Assembly: GCF_003334335.1 (NCBI RefSeq)
Contig: NZ_QOWQ01000018.1
Reading direction: 5' to 3' (one strand)
Source: Escherichia coli
GTDB taxonomy: Bacteria > Pseudomonadota > Gammaproteobacteria > Enterobacterales > Enterobacteriaceae
Length of the DNA stretch: 64,000 nt
Each line of letters starts with the position of its first letter. Position 1 is the stretch's first letter. Both the position numbers and the translations under genes were made by a program. This document shows, one piece after another, positions 38,230-50,658 of the stretch. A model generated the notes under the pieces. The model had not been told where the DNA came from. It did not search any database and worked only from the letters and a program-made list of their open reading frames with translations.

Positions 38230-39300
38230 CTACCGCAGAGTTCCGCTTTTGCCACCGTCCAGCAGCTCAAAACCAGCTGGGTATACAGATTCCAGGCGAG
38301 CGGCAATTCGCTGAGGAACTTGTCGCTGCACCGCCTGCACTGCCTGTTCAATCGCGACCGCAAAAGCTCGCTGATTGGCTGCACCATGACTTTTTATCAC
38401 CGTGCCGCGCAATCCTAACAGACAGGCGCCGTTATACTGGTCGGGGTTGAGGTGACTGAATCGCCTCGTCAGGCTCTTTTGTAGCCAACGCTTTAATAAC
38501 AGTAGCCACCACGACCGTTTTTTCCCTTCACCCTGAGATTTCAGCAGAGAAAGGAACATCCTGACAACACCTTCCATCGTCTTTAATGTGACATTTCCTG
38601 TAAAGCCGTCACAAACCAGCACATCTGTCTTGCCAGTTAACAACTCATTGGCTTCAAGATAGCCGATATAATTGATAGAAGGGATTGTTTTAAGCACCGC
38701 TGAGGCATCCCGAATACTGTCGAGACCCTTTACTTCTTCTTCACCAATATTGAGCAACGCCACGCGAGGATTGGGAATTTCCACCACCTCTTCAGCCAGA
38801 ACTGAGCCCATAATGGCAAATTGCACCAGCATTGTGCTGTCACAATCGACGTTGGCCCCTAAGTCAAGGACCACCGTTTTGCCCTTTTGCTGATGTGGTA
38901 ATACCGTCACCAGCGCCGGACGCTCAATCCCCTCCAGGGGCTTGAGTAATAATTTTGCCAGCCCCATCAGCGCCCCGGTATTACCGGCACTGACACAGGC
39001 TTGCGCTCGACCTTCTTTCACCAGCTCCAGGGCCACGCGCATTGAACTCCCACGACTGGCGCGGATAGCTTGCGAAGGCCGGGCATCACTGGCGATAACT
39101 GACTGCGCAGGAATAATCTGCAGACGCGAACGTTGTTCAAAGTCAGCTTTAGCAAGTAATGGCGTGATGGCGTCGGGATTGCCGACTAAAAGAAGAGTGA
39201 GTTGCGAATTAGAATTCAGTGCCTGCAATGCTGCAGGCACTGTCACGGAAGGGCCAAAATCCCCTCCCATGACATCTAACGCCAGGGTTAGACGTGTCAA
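38230..39300 (-). CDS. plsX: Phosphate acyltransferase PlsX
   Basis: 356-aa ORF; recognised; synteny. Confidence 0.93.
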
Positions 39301-39380
39301 GGTATCGTCGCCGCCCGGTTTGGTCTTTCCCCAGTTGCCTGGGGAAAATCCTCACTAAGCTTCATCACGCAGATGCGTGA

Positions 39381-39566
<186 letters not shown>

Positions 39567-39605
39567 TCAATTACGGTTTATCCCCGATCCAACGGGGAGC
39601 ACCAA

Positions 39606-40139
<534 letters not shown>

Positions 40140-40163
40140 TTAACTTTGTAACGTCATAGAGTC

Positions 40164-40332
40164 AAAGAAAAAGGCAGCCTGTGGTTGCCTTTTGCCAATA
40201 ATTCGCACACATTGCGGGTTACTGCTTTATTTTCGTTCAGTGCTGATAACAAACATCAACCTGCAAAACGAAGCGCATAGTTTAAAATGGCTATCATCAA
40301 TACGCTATATCTGATGGAAAAAAATATGCCTA
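40164..40332 (-). ncRNA. sraB: Candidate small RNA SraB (approximate limits)
   Basis: Minus-strand terminator (AGGCAACCACAGGCTGCCT then TTTTTCTTT) ending about 37 nt upstream of the yceD start. Placement from remembered K-12 coordinates. Confidence 0.4.
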
Positions 40333-40910
40333 AACTTATTTTAGCCTCCACCTCGCCATGGCGTCGCGCTCTTCTGGAAAAACTGCAAATCTCTTTTGAA
40401 TGTGCAGCACCAGAGGTCGACGAAACCCCACGCAGCGACGAATCACCGCGACAGTTGGTGCTTCGACTGGCACAAGAAAAAGCGCAATCTCTGGCGTCAC
40501 GTTATCCGGATCATTTAATTATTGGTTCAGACCAGGTATGTGTTCTTGATGGCGAAATCACCGGTAAACCGTTAACGGAAGAAAATGCCCGTCTGCAATT
40601 ACGCAAAGCCAGCGGCAATATCGTCACCTTCTATACTGGACTGGCGTTGTTTAATTCGGCGAATGGGCATCTGCAAACAGAAGTGGAGCCTTTTGACGTC
40701 CATTTCCGTCACCTGAGCGAGGCGGAGATTGATAATTACGTGCGTAAAGAGCATCCCCTGCACTGCGCGGGTAGCTTTAAGAGTGAAGGATTTGGCATTA
40801 CGCTGTTTGAGCGTTTAGAGGGGCGTGATCCTAACACGCTGGTTGGTTTACCGCTAATCGCGCTGTGTCAGATGTTACGTCGGGAAGGGAAAAACCCGCT
40901 GATGGGATAG
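40326..40910 (+). CDS. yceF: Maf-like nucleotide pyrophosphatase YceF
   Basis: Start at [14 protein letters not shown] (194 aa); Maf fold. Confidence 0.9.
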
Positions 40911-40918
40911 TTTTTTGC

Positions 40919-40992
40919 GCCGGATGTGGTTACGTCGCATCCGGCAATCGGTGCTGGCGGCCTGATGCGGCGTAAACGCCTTATCAGGCCAA
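40919..40992. repeat. REP/BIME element
   Basis: GCCGGATGTGGTTACGTCGCATCCGGC and GGCCTGATGCGGCGTAAACGCCTTATCAGGCC. Confidence 0.8.
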
Positions 40993-41021
40993 CCGCCCAT
41001 TATCAGGTTTATATGCTTGTA

Positions 41022-41981
41022 TTAGCGCGCGTTACGCAGCTTTTGCAAACAACGCTTCAAACCTTCATCCATCGGAGCTTCGATACGCATCACCTCACCG
41101 GTCCCCGGATGAGTAAACTTCAACGCTGCAGCGTGCAGGAACAGGCGATTTAATCCCGTGCCTGCTTCAGTGAGCTGCCTGTCAAATTCACGGTCACCGT
41201 AGCGATCGTCAAAGGCAATCGGATGACCCGCATATTGTGTATGCACACGGATCTGGTGAGTACGCCCTGTTACCGGGCTACAACGCACCAGGGTGGCAAA
41301 TGCATAGCGTTCTTCCACTTTAAAGCGTGTTTCCGACGGTTTGCCTTCCTGACTCACACGCACGATACGTTCGCCGCTTTGCAGAATATTTTTCAGTAAC
41401 GGTGCTTGAACGCTCTTCACATGCGACTGCCACTGACCGCGCACCAGCGCCAGGTAATCTTTTTGCATCCCTTTTTCACGTAATTGCTCATGCAGAGAAC
41501 GCAACGCCGAGCGTTTTTTCGCTACCAGCAAAACACCTGAGGTGTCCCGGTCAAGACGATGAACCAGTTCAAGGAACCGCGCTTCCGGGCGCAACGCCCG
41601 CAAACCTTCAATAACGCCGAAGCTTAAACCACTGCCGCCATGTACCGCCGTACCGGAAGGTTTATTCAGCACCAGGATGTGATCATCTTCATATAAGATG
41701 ACGTCCGCCAGCGCCGCCACCTTTTGCAGATGTGGCGAAACCGCCTCTTCTTCCCGCTCAGCAACGCGAACCGGTGGAATACGCACCTCATCACCCGCTT
41801 CGAGTTTATATTCAGGCTTAATACGTTTTTTGTTCACCCGCACTTCGCCTTTACGCAAAATACGGTAAATCATACTTTTTGGTACGCCTTTCAATTGGGT
41901 ACGCAAAAAGTTATCGATACGTTGCCCCGCTTCGTCAGCGGTGATAGCAACAATTTTTACGGATGGAGTCTCTGTTTTCAT
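41022..41981 (-). CDS. rluC: 23S rRNA pseudouridine synthase RluC
   Basis: 319 aa; S4 domain plus RluA-family catalytic motif (HRLDRDTSG). Confidence 0.95.
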   Translation of the reverse strand: MKTETPSVKIVAITADEAGQRIDNFLRTQLKGVPKSMIYRILRKGEVRVNKKRIKPEYKLEAGDEVRIPPVRVAEREEEAVSPHLQKVAALADVILYEDDHILVLNKPSGTAVHGGSGLSFGVIEGLRALRPEARFLELVHRLDRDTSGVLLVAKKRSALRSLHEQLREKGMQKDYLALVRGQWQSHVKSVQAPLLKNILQSGERIVRVSQEGKPSETRFKVEERYAFATLVRCSPVTGRTHQIRVHTQYAGHPIAFDDRYGDREFDRQLTEAGTGLNRLFLHAAALKFTHPGTGEVMRIEAPMDEGLKRCLQKLRNAR

Positions 41982-42192
41982 GGTTGGCGATTCTAATTAG
42001 CCAACAGGATTCGCGCCACTCATTTTTCTATGCTTATATTTACTTTTGCACCTTATTACTTCACTGCGTGATCACTTTATTGATGGTTATTAAACCAATC
42101 ACCAGCAAGAAGTGAAAAAACTGTGAGTAAGCGGGTGATAAATGGTAAAAGTCATCTTGCTATAACAAGGCTTGCAGTGGAATAATGAGGCC

Positions 42193-42553
42193 GTTTCCGT
42201 GTCCATCCTTGTTAAAACAAGAAATTTTACGGAATAACCCATTTTGCCCGACCGATCATCCACGCAGCAATGGCGTAAGACGTATTGATCTTTCAGGCAG
42301 TTAGCGGGCTGCGGGTTGCAGTCCTTACCGGTAGATGGAAATATTTCTGGAGAGTAATACCCAGTCTGTTTCTTTGATAATTGCGCTGTTTTTCCGCATG
42401 AAAAACGGGCAACCGACACTCTGCGCCTCTTTGAGCTGACGATAACCGTGAGGTTGGCGACGCGACTAGACACGAGGCCATCGGTTCACACCCGGAAAGG
42501 CGTTACTTTGCCCGCAGCTTAGTCGTCAATGTAAGAATAATGAGTAAGTTACG
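42193..42553 (+). promoter_or_regulatory. rne 5' leader (autoregulatory untranslated region; approximate start)
   Basis: 572-bp divergent interval between rluC and rne; a long structured leader is known for rne. The 5' limit is not determinable by eye. Confidence 0.45.
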
Positions 42554-45500
42554 ATGAAAAGAATGTTAATCAACGCAACTCAGCAGGAAGAGTTGCGCGT
42601 TGCCCTTGTAGATGGGCAGCGTCTGTATGACCTGGATATCGAAAGTCCAGGGCACGAGCAGAAAAAGGCAAACATCTACAAAGGTAAAATCACCCGCATT
42701 GAACCGAGTCTGGAAGCTGCTTTTGTTGATTACGGCGCTGAACGTCACGGTTTCCTCCCACTAAAAGAAATTGCCCGCGAATATTTCCCTGCTAACTACA
42801 GTGCTCATGGTCGTCCCAACATTAAAGATGTGTTGCGTGAAGGTCAGGAAGTCATTGTTCAGATCGATAAAGAAGAGCGCGGCAACAAAGGCGCGGCATT
42901 AACCACCTTTATCAGTCTGGCGGGTAGCTATCTGGTTCTGATGCCGAACAACCCGCGCGCGGGTGGCATTTCTCGCCGTATCGAAGGCGACGACCGTACC
43001 GAATTAAAAGAAGCACTGGCAAGCCTTGAACTGCCGGAAGGCATGGGGCTTATCGTGCGCACCGCTGGCGTCGGCAAATCTGCTGAGGCGCTGCAATGGG
43101 ATTTAAGCTTCCGTCTGAAACACTGGGAAGCCATCAAAAAAGCCGCTGAAAGCCGCCCGGCCCCGTTCCTGATTCATCAGGAGAGCAACGTAATCGTTCG
43201 CGCATTCCGCGATTACTTACGTCAGGACATCGGCGAAATCCTTATCGATAACCCGAAAGTGCTCGAACTGGCACGTCAGCATATCGCTGCATTAGGTCGC
43301 CCGGATTTCAGCAGCAAAATCAAACTGTACACCGGCGAGATCCCGCTGTTCAGCCACTACCAGATCGAGTCACAGATCGAGTCCGCCTTCCAGCGTGAAG
43401 TTCGTCTGCCGTCTGGTGGTTCCATTGTTATCGACAGCACCGAAGCGTTAACGGCCATCGACATCAACTCCGCACGCGCGACCCGCGGCGGCGATATCGA
43501 AGAAACCGCGTTTAACACTAACCTCGAAGCTGCCGATGAGATTGCTCGTCAGCTGCGCCTGCGTGACCTCGGCGGCCTGATTGTTATCGACTTCATCGAC
43601 ATGACGCCAGTACGCCACCAGCGTGCGGTAGAAAACCGTCTGCGTGAAGCGGTGCGTCAGGACCGTGCGCGTATTCAAATCAGCCATATTTCTCGCTTTG
43701 GCCTGCTGGAAATGTCCCGTCAGCGCCTGAGCCCATCACTGGGTGAATCCAGTCATCACGTTTGTCCGCGTTGTTCTGGTACTGGCACCGTGCGTGACAA
43801 CGAATCGCTGTCGCTCTCTATTCTGCGTCTGATCGAAGAAGAAGCGCTGAAAGAGAACACCCAGGAAGTTCACGCCATTGTTCCTGTGCCAATCGCTTCT
43901 TACCTGCTGAATGAAAAACGTTCTGCGGTAAATGCCATTGAAACTCGTCAGGACGGTGTGCGCTGTGTAATTGTGCCAAACGATCAGATGGAAACCCCGC
44001 ACTACCACGTGCTGCGCGTGCGTAAAGGGGAAGAAACCCCAACCTTAAGCTACATGCTGCCGAAGCTGCATGAAGAAGCGATGGCGCTGCCGTCTGAAGA
44101 AGAGTTCGCTGAACGTAAGCGTCCGGAACAACCTGCGCTGGCAACCTTTGCCATGCCGGATGTGCCGCCTGCGCCAACGCCAGCTGAACCTGCCGCGCCT
44201 GTTGTAGCTCCAGCACCGAAAGCTGCACCGGCAACACCAGCAGCTCCTGCACAACCTGGGCTGTTGAGCCGCTTCTTCGGCGCACTGAAAGCGCTGTTCA
44301 GCGGTGGTGAAGAAACCAAACCGACCGAGCAACCAGCACCGAAAGCAGAAGCGAAACCGGAACGTCAACAGGATCGTCGCAAGCCTCGTCAGAACAACCG
44401 CCGTGACCGTAATGAGCGCCGCGACACCCGTAGTGAACGTACTGAAGGCAGCGATAATCGCGAAGAAAACCGTCGTAATCGTCGCCAGGCACAGCAGCAG
44501 ACTGCCGAGACGCGTGAGAGCCGTCAGCAGGCTGAGGTAACGGAAAAAGCGCGTACCGCCGACGAGCAGCAAGCGCCGCGTCGTGAACGTAGCCGCCGCC
44601 GTAATGATGATAAACGTCAGGCGCAACAAGAAGCGAAGGCGCTGAATGTTGAAGAGCAATCTGTTCAGGAAACCGAACAGGAAGAACGTGTACGTCCGGT
44701 TCAGCCGCGTCGTAAACAGCGTCAGCTCAATCAGAAAGTGCGTTACGAGCAAAGCGTAGCCGAAGAAGCGGTAGTCGCACCGGTGGTTGAAGAAACTGTC
44801 GCTGCCGAACCAATTGTTCAGGAAGCGCCAGCTCCACGCACAGAACTGGTGAAAGTCCCGCTGCCAGTCGTAGCGCAAACTGCACCAGAACAGCAAGAAG
44901 AGAACAATGCTGATAACCGTGACAACGGTGGCATGCCGCGTCGTTCTCGCCGCTCGCCTCGTCACCTGCGCGTAAGTGGTCAGCGTCGTCGTCGCTATCG
45001 TGACGAGCGTTATCCAACCCAGTCGCCAATGCCGTTGACCGTAGCGTGCGCGTCTCCGGAACTGGCCTCTGGCAAAGTCTGGATCCGCTATCCAATTGTA
45101 CGTCCGCAAGATGTACAGGTTGAAGAGCAGCGCGAACAGGAAGAAGTACATGTGCAGCCGATGGTGACTGAGGTCCCTGTCGCCGCCGCTATCGAACCGG
45201 TTGTTAGCGCGCCAGTTGTTGAAGAAGTGGCCGGTGTCGTAGAAGCCCCCGTTCAGGTTGCCGAACCGCAACCGGAAGTGGTTGAAACGACGCATCCTGA
45301 AGTGATCGCTGCCGCGGTAACTGAACAGCCGCAGGTGATTACCGAGTCTGATGTTGCCGTAGCCCAGGAAGTTGCAGAACAAGCAGAACCGGTGGTTGAA
45401 CCGCAGGAAGAGACGGCAGATATTGAAGAAGTTGTCGAAACTGCTGAGGTTGTAGTTGCTGAACCTGAAGTTGTTGCTCAACCTGCCGCGCCAGTAGTCG

Positions 45501-45739
45501 CTGAAGTCGCAGCAGAAGTTGAAACGGTAGCTGCGGTCGAACCTGAGGTCACCGTTGAGCATAACCACGCTACCGCGCCAATGACGCGCGCTCCAGCACC
45601 GGAATATGTTCCGGAGGCACCGCGTCACAGTGACTGGCAGCGCCCTACTTTTGCCTTCGAAGGTAAAGGTGCCGCAGGTGGTCATACGGCAACACATCAT
45701 GCCTCTGCCGCTCCTGCGCGTCCGCAACCTGTTGAGTAA
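42554..45739 (+). CDS. rne: Ribonuclease E
   Basis: 1061 aa; N-terminal S1/catalytic domain ([21 protein letters not shown]), Arg-rich and acidic low-complexity C-terminal scaffold. Confidence 0.98.
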   Translation: MKRMLINATQQEELRVALVDGQRLYDLDIESPGHEQKKANIYKGKITRIEPSLEAAFVDYGAERHGFLPLKEIAREYFPANYSAHGRPNIKDVLREGQEVIVQIDKEERGNKGAALTTFISLAGSYLVLMPNNPRAGGISRRIEGDDRTELKEALASLELPEGMGLIVRTAGVGKSAEALQWDLSFRLKHWEAIKKAAESRPAPFLIHQESNVIVRAFRDYLRQDIGEILIDNPKVLELARQHIAALGRPDFSSKIKLYTGEIPLFSHYQIESQIESAFQREVRLPSGGSIVIDSTEALTAIDINSARATRGGDIEETAFNTNLEAADEIARQLRLRDLGGLIVIDFIDMTPVRHQRAVENRLREAVRQDRARIQISHISRFGLLEMSRQRLSPSLGESSHHVCPRCSGTGTVRDNESLSLSILRLIEEEALKENTQEVHAIVPVPIASYLLNEKRSAVNAIETRQDGVRCVIVPNDQMETPHYHVLRVRKGEETPTLSYMLPKLHEEAMALPSEEEFAERKRPEQPALATFAMPDVPPAPTPAEPAAPVVAPAPKAAPATPAAPAQPGLLSRFFGALKALFSGGEETKPTEQPAPKAEAKPERQQDRRKPRQNNRRDRNERRDTRSERTEGSDNREENRRNRRQAQQQTAETRESRQQAEVTEKARTADEQQAPRRERSRRRNDDKRQAQQEAKALNVEEQSVQETEQEERVRPVQPRRKQRQLNQKVRYEQSVAEEAVVAPVVEETVAAEPIVQEAPAPRTELVKVPLPVVAQTAPEQQEENNADNRDNGGMPRRSRRSPRHLRVSGQRRRRYRDERYPTQSPMPLTVACASPELASGKVWIRYPIVRPQDVQVEEQREQEEVHVQPMVTEVPVAAAIEPVVSAPVVEEVAGVVEAPVQVAEPQPEVVETTHPEVIAAAVTEQPQVITESDVAVAQEVAEQAEPVVEPQEETADIEEVVETAEVVVAEPEVVAQPAAPVVAEVAAEVETVAAVEPEVTVEHNHATAPMTRAPAPEYVPEAPRHSDWQRPTFAFEGKGAAGGHTATHHASAAPARPQPVE

Positions 45740-45760
45740 TAATTAGCTCAAAGTAATCAA

Positions 45761-45789
45761 GCCCTGGTAACTGCCAGGGCTTTTTTATT
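45761..45789 (+). terminator. Rho-independent terminator after rne
   Basis: GCCCTGGTAACTGCCAGGGC followed by TTTTTTATTT. Confidence 0.8.
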
Positions 45790-45934
45790 TCATCTTTGAA
45801 TCAACATATTAAAATTCATCGAATGGCATCCTTGCTAACCAACAATGCAAAATAGGCAAAAAAATGCCCGCCCCAGCGATCCCAGAGCAGGCAGACAAAA
45901 CATACCCAGTTTCATGATATGTTTTAAAGCGAAA

Positions 45935-46888
45935 TTATTTGCTGAGCTGGAAGAGCGACAATCCCTGCATATCGGTAAATGCTTTATACGATGCCTGCAA
46001 TGCCGTTTGCTGCATGATGTAAGATGAAATAGTTGCATTCCAGTCCACATCAACCAGATCGCTCATCTGCTGCGTTTGCCCTAAAGCGCGATCGCTACCT
46101 AATGAATCCAGCGACTCCAGTTCGTTCAGCTGCGTGCCTAATTCCGCGCGAACAGTCAGCACATTGTTCAGCGAGTTTTTCAGTCCGCGGTTGGTTTTAT
46201 CTAACGCCGCAGCGGCGGTTTCTTTATCCGCTTCGCTATCCGCGACCGGCGTTTTCAGGGCTGCGATGGCACTATCCAGCATGGCAAAAAGATTGGTTTC
46301 AGAAGCGCTACCGTCTGGTTCCGCTACCGCGTTGCTGGTAATACTGTCGAAAATTTTGTCACCCGTGTGCCCTATCACCATCGAACGCGAAGCATCGACC
46401 TGTTGTTTAATACTTTCTGCTCCACCGACGTATTTCCCTTTCTCTTCGCTAAACGGCGCAGTCTCTGTTTTATAACCGGCAAAAATGTAGCGCCCGTTAC
46501 CGTCAGTGGTGTTTGCCAGATTCAGCAACTGGTCACGAAGCCCCTGAATATCCGTAGCCAGCGAGGCCCGGTCATCGTCACTCAAGGTGCCATTGCTGGC
46601 GTAGACAATTTTTTCCTGAGCATTCTGGATAGCAGTGGTGACCTGGCTAAGTACACTCTCTTCCAGTGACACTTTTTGAGTGGCGAAAGTACGCGCCAGC
46701 GTGTACTGGCTGTTTTGCGCCTGTGCCTGGGAGAGAACTACGGCTTGTGATGCAGCAATGGGATCGTCAGAAGGGTTAACGACTCGCTTACCCGTCGACA
46801 TCTGTTCGCCGTACTTCATCCATTCTGCCTGAGAATTGGTGATACCACGTATGTTTTGCTGGTACATCATCTGTGTACTGAAACGCAT
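45935..46888 (-). CDS. flgL: Flagellar hook-filament junction protein FlgL
   Basis: 317 aa; flagellin-like N and C termini; synteny. Confidence 0.95.
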   Translation of the reverse strand: MRFSTQMMYQQNIRGITNSQAEWMKYGEQMSTGKRVVNPSDDPIAASQAVVLSQAQAQNSQYTLARTFATQKVSLEESVLSQVTTAIQNAQEKIVYASNGTLSDDDRASLATDIQGLRDQLLNLANTTDGNGRYIFAGYKTETAPFSEEKGKYVGGAESIKQQVDASRSMVIGHTGDKIFDSITSNAVAEPDGSASETNLFAMLDSAIAALKTPVADSEADKETAAAALDKTNRGLKNSLNNVLTVRAELGTQLNELESLDSLGSDRALGQTQQMSDLVDVDWNATISSYIMQQTALQASYKAFTDMQGLSLFQLSK

Positions 46889-46899
46889 CTTATCTCCCC

Positions 46900-48543
46900 T
46901 TAGCGAATGTTAATCAGCGCATCAAAAATCGCGTTTGCCGTCTGCAGAACCTGCGCATTCGCCAGGTAATACTGCTGAAAACGTTGCAGATTTCCGTACT
47001 CCTCATCGAGATTGACACCGGAAATCGACTGCTGCTGATTGGAAAGCTGCGTCACCACATTACCTTGCGTGGCGCTACTGGTTTTCAACGTCGCGGTTTT
47101 ATTACCGATATCACTCACTAACGAGGCATAAGCGTCGTTAAAGGATTTCGCACCGCCCACCGTTTTACTGTTGCTTTGCAGATCCAGCAGGGCCTGACCG
47201 TTGCGGTTATCGCTATCACCCGCATCTTCTTCGCTCGCCATCGCTATTTTCGCTTCGTCGGTGATTAATACATCCATGTTGACGATGGCGTCACTTACTG
47301 GTTTCAGCGTGAAGCTGTCGTTAACGGCAGGCGTTCCTGTAAACGTCAACTCCAGACCATCAAATGCCACTTTACCGTTGGCATCCGGCGTCACCGTAAA
47401 AGTGGTATTGCTGGCAAGGCGGGTGACCTGCCACTGATTATTATCGAACGAGATTTTGTAATCTGTCGCCAGTACCGCGGAGGCATCAGTTACCGTGGCA
47501 CCGATCGCAACGTCACCTTTGTTTTTCGTGTTTTGCAGAACCGCGGGCTTACCGATAGCAAAGAAATCTTCACCGGCATCGCCGTTAGCATCAAATCCGG
47601 CTTTGTGTTGGGTGTTGAAAGCCTCGGCAAATGCCAGCGCCAGTTGTCCAAGCGTATTACGCGTCTGGTCCAGATCCTGAGAACGGAATGTCAGAATGCC
47701 GCCCAGCGACCCGGTATTCAGTAATTTCTCCGGGATCTCAATATTGCCTGCCGTCCCATCAACATAAGCGACAGTCGTACGAGAAGGGTCAGCGCTGGAA
47801 GGAACTGCCGCCAGTTGCCGCGCCGTACTTCCCTGAACCAGTGAGTAACCATTGGCCATCGTGATGTTATAAGTGCCGCCATCCTGAACGCTGACTTCTA
47901 CACCAACAATCTGGTTTAATTCGCTCACCAGTTGATCGCGTTGATCCAGCAGATTGTTAGGTGACGCCCCTGCCCCCACGCCTGTCAGGCGCGAGATTTG
48001 ATCGTTCAGGCTGGCAATTTGTTTAGCGTAGTTGTTGATCTGATCAACGCTGGCACCTATCGCGATATTGACCTGTTTGTCCTGGTCGCGCAGATATTGA
48101 TCGGTGGTTTTAAACTGATTCACCAATCCTTCTGATTTCCCAATCAGCGCCTGGCGCGCTGCCGGGTCTTCCGCGTTACTCACCAGCGTTTGCAGGCTGG
48201 TGAAGAAATCCTGCATCTGTGTTGCCAGCGAAGAGGTACTGGTGGAGAGCATATTGTCGATTTTCGACATCTGCTCATAGCGGGCAGTCAGACCGCTACT
48301 TTGCGTCTGCGCCGCACGTAACTGGTTGGTAATAAACGCATCATACTCACGCTGCACACCAGAAACGTAGACACCATTGCCAACCCAGCCGCCAGCGCCC
48401 AACGTGCTATTGGCCTGCGCCATAATAGTGGTTTGGCGGGTATATCCGGCAACGTTATAGCTGGAGATATTATTACTTGCCGTATTTAACGCCGCCTGGG
48501 CCGCGTTCAGTCCGCTCATGGCGTTATTAATCAAGCTGGACAT
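46900..48543 (-). CDS. flgK: Flagellar hook-associated protein FlgK
   Basis: 547 aa; recognised. Confidence 0.95.
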   Translation of the reverse strand: MSSLINNAMSGLNAAQAALNTASNNISSYNVAGYTRQTTIMAQANSTLGAGGWVGNGVYVSGVQREYDAFITNQLRAAQTQSSGLTARYEQMSKIDNMLSTSTSSLATQMQDFFTSLQTLVSNAEDPAARQALIGKSEGLVNQFKTTDQYLRDQDKQVNIAIGASVDQINNYAKQIASLNDQISRLTGVGAGASPNNLLDQRDQLVSELNQIVGVEVSVQDGGTYNITMANGYSLVQGSTARQLAAVPSSADPSRTTVAYVDGTAGNIEIPEKLLNTGSLGGILTFRSQDLDQTRNTLGQLALAFAEAFNTQHKAGFDANGDAGEDFFAIGKPAVLQNTKNKGDVAIGATVTDASAVLATDYKISFDNNQWQVTRLASNTTFTVTPDANGKVAFDGLELTFTGTPAVNDSFTLKPVSDAIVNMDVLITDEAKIAMASEEDAGDSDNRNGQALLDLQSNSKTVGGAKSFNDAYASLVSDIGNKTATLKTSSATQGNVVTQLSNQQQSISGVNLDEEYGNLQRFQQYYLANAQVLQTANAIFDALINIR

Positions 48544-48576
48544 GGAGGTTCCTTATAAGCCTTCAATTACAGAGTA

Positions 48577-48603
48577 TTATCGGCAGCGACCCGCCGGACT
48601 TGA
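48577..48603 (-). promoter_or_regulatory. Candidate sigma-28 (FliA) class 3 promoter for flgKL
   Basis: Minus strand TCAAGTCC-N11-GCCGATAA, against the consensus TAAAGTTT-N11-GCCGATAA. Confidence 0.55.
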
Positions 48604-48608
48604 GTTAT

Positions 48609-49550
48609 TCAGAACAGATTATCAATGTTCATACTGTAGGTTTTGCTCACCTTGTCGCTTATCGATTTCATCTGCTGAATCATGTTGGTGAGTTTGCGGG
48701 CATAGTGAGGATCGGTGGCATAGCCCGCGTCCTGTAGGGCCTGCGCCCCCTGTTCCGCACTCGCGGCGGTCGTCACGGCGGCGTAGCGCGGGTTACGCGT
48801 TAACAGCCCAACGTAATCCGACAAGGCTTCCAGATACGAGCTGTAGACGCGAAACTTCGCTTTTACTTTCTTCGCTTCGCCGTTTTCATATTCAGTCGTG
48901 GTGATTTCAGTAACTGGCCCTTTCCAGTTGCCAGAGGCTTTGACACCAAACAGGTTATAGCTCGGCTCGCCGTTTTCGCGGCGGATTTGCCGTTGCCCCC
49001 AACCAGATTCCAGTGCCGCCTGAGCGAGGATCAAATGATGTGGCACACCGCTTTGCTGGCTTGCCAGTTGGGCGGGCAGCGAGAGTTGCGCGAGGAATGC
49101 TTTACTGTCACCCGGCAGCGAATCATCGTAGTTACGTGGCACGGCCTTTTGCACCAGCTGCGAAAGCGCCTGATTTTGATAACGCACCACAGTTTCGAGC
49201 GGGAATTTCATCGGTGCTGCTGGCGTGGACTCCTCTGGCAATGGTTGTTCTGGCGTCATCTGTTTAACCATCATCTCTGCAAGCCCCAGACCTTTGCCCG
49301 CCGTCATCTGTTGGGCAATCTGCTGGTCATACATACTGGTATACAGGCGAGTGTGCTCGCTGCTGAACAGGCCATCTTTTGGTAAAGCGTCGCGCATGCT
49401 TTTCAACATCATCTGCACGAACATCCCTTCCACCTGACGGGCCACCGGACGGATATTTGCCGCCGGATCTTCGCCCGCTTTCGCCTTTAGTTCGTTGAGT
49501 GATTGCGCATCCCAGGCCGCACTTGCCAGTAGTTTGCTGTCGCTGATCAT
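48609..49550 (-). CDS. flgJ: Flagellar rod assembly protein / muramidase FlgJ
   Basis: Start at [14 protein letters not shown] (313 aa). Confidence 0.93.
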   Translation of the reverse strand: MISDSKLLASAAWDAQSLNELKAKAGEDPAANIRPVARQVEGMFVQMMLKSMRDALPKDGLFSSEHTRLYTSMYDQQIAQQMTAGKGLGLAEMMVKQMTPEQPLPEESTPAAPMKFPLETVVRYQNQALSQLVQKAVPRNYDDSLPGDSKAFLAQLSLPAQLASQQSGVPHHLILAQAALESGWGQRQIRRENGEPSYNLFGVKASGNWKGPVTEITTTEYENGEAKKVKAKFRVYSSYLEALSDYVGLLTRNPRYAAVTTAASAEQGAQALQDAGYATDPHYARKLTNMIQQMKSISDKVSKTYSMNIDNLF

Positions 49551-50647
49551 CAGATGATTTCCAGTTTTGCCCGCAGACATCCCGCACTTTGCATTGATTG
49601 CAGTATGGACATCAGATCCATCGGCGTAGCGCCCAGCGCATTGAGCGCGCGCACCACGTTATTGAGGCTGGCGCTGGAACGTACGCTTTGCAGCGAACCG
49701 CCGCTCTGGCGTAAATCGATCTGCGTTTGTGGAGTAACCACAGTCTGTCCACCACCAAACGGTGTATCTGGCTGGCTGACATTGGCCTGACGATTAACTG
49801 TTACTGAGAGATTCCCCTGCGCTACCGCGCAGCTGTCGAGGGTCACTTCGCGATTCATCACCACCGAACCGGTGCGCGAGTTAATCACTACTTTAGCGTC
49901 CTGCGGGGTGACATTAACCTGCATATTCTGAATATCGGCAAGGAAGCGGACCTGGGAACTGTTGCCACTCGGTACGCGCACCTGAATAGTCCGCGCATCT
50001 AACGCGGTGGCGCTGCCATATCCACGCACGCGGTTGATGGTGTCAGCGATTTGCTGCGCCATGCTGAAATCTTCGTCGTTAAGTTGCAAATTAAGGGTAT
50101 TCCCGACGCCAAACTGGCTGGGCAATTCACGTTCAATAACCGCACCATTGGTGATCCGTCCACCGTTCAGTTGGTTAACCTGAACACTGCTACCGCCAGC
50201 GGAGGCTCCTGCGCCGCCAACCAGAATATTGCCCTGCGCCAGCGCATACACCTGACTGTCAACGCCCTTAAGCGGTGTCATCAACAACGTACCTCCACGC
50301 AAGCTTTTGGCATTTCCCATGGAAGAAACCACCACATCGATGGTTTGCCCCTGACGTCCAAACGGAGGAAGTGACGCTGTCACCATTACCGCAGCGACGT
50401 TTTTTAGCTGCATATTGGTGCCCGTCGGAACGGTAATTCCCAGCTGTGAGAGCATGTTATTAAGCGTTTGTGTGGTAAACGGCGTCTGGGTTGTCTGGTC
50501 ACCGGTGCCATCCAGCCCCACCACCAGACCATAGCCAATCAGTGAGTTTTGCCTTACCCCCTGAACACTGGTGAGATCGCGAATACGCTCAGCCTGAGCC
50601 GCCGTCGTGACCAGTAGAAGAATTAATGCAGAGAGAAATTTAATCAC
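49550..50647 (-). CDS. flgI: Flagellar P-ring protein FlgI
   Basis: 365 aa with signal peptide. Confidence 0.95.
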
Positions 50648-50658
50648 CACAGCCTCAC

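Noticed and set aside
42099-42473. 124-codon minus-strand ORF in the rne leader (position of the K-12 yceQ annotation)
   Set aside because: It lies within the structured rne 5' leader and has an odd Cys/His-rich composition with no RBS I could convince myself of. Listed as doubtful rather than called.
44045-45727. 560-codon minus-strand ORF antisense to the 3' half of rne
   Set aside because: It lies entirely inside rne, whose low-complexity Arg/Glu/Pro/Ala-rich C-terminal region keeps the antisense frame open. The translation is a repetitive Arg/Phe/Leu/Cys-rich string without domain features.
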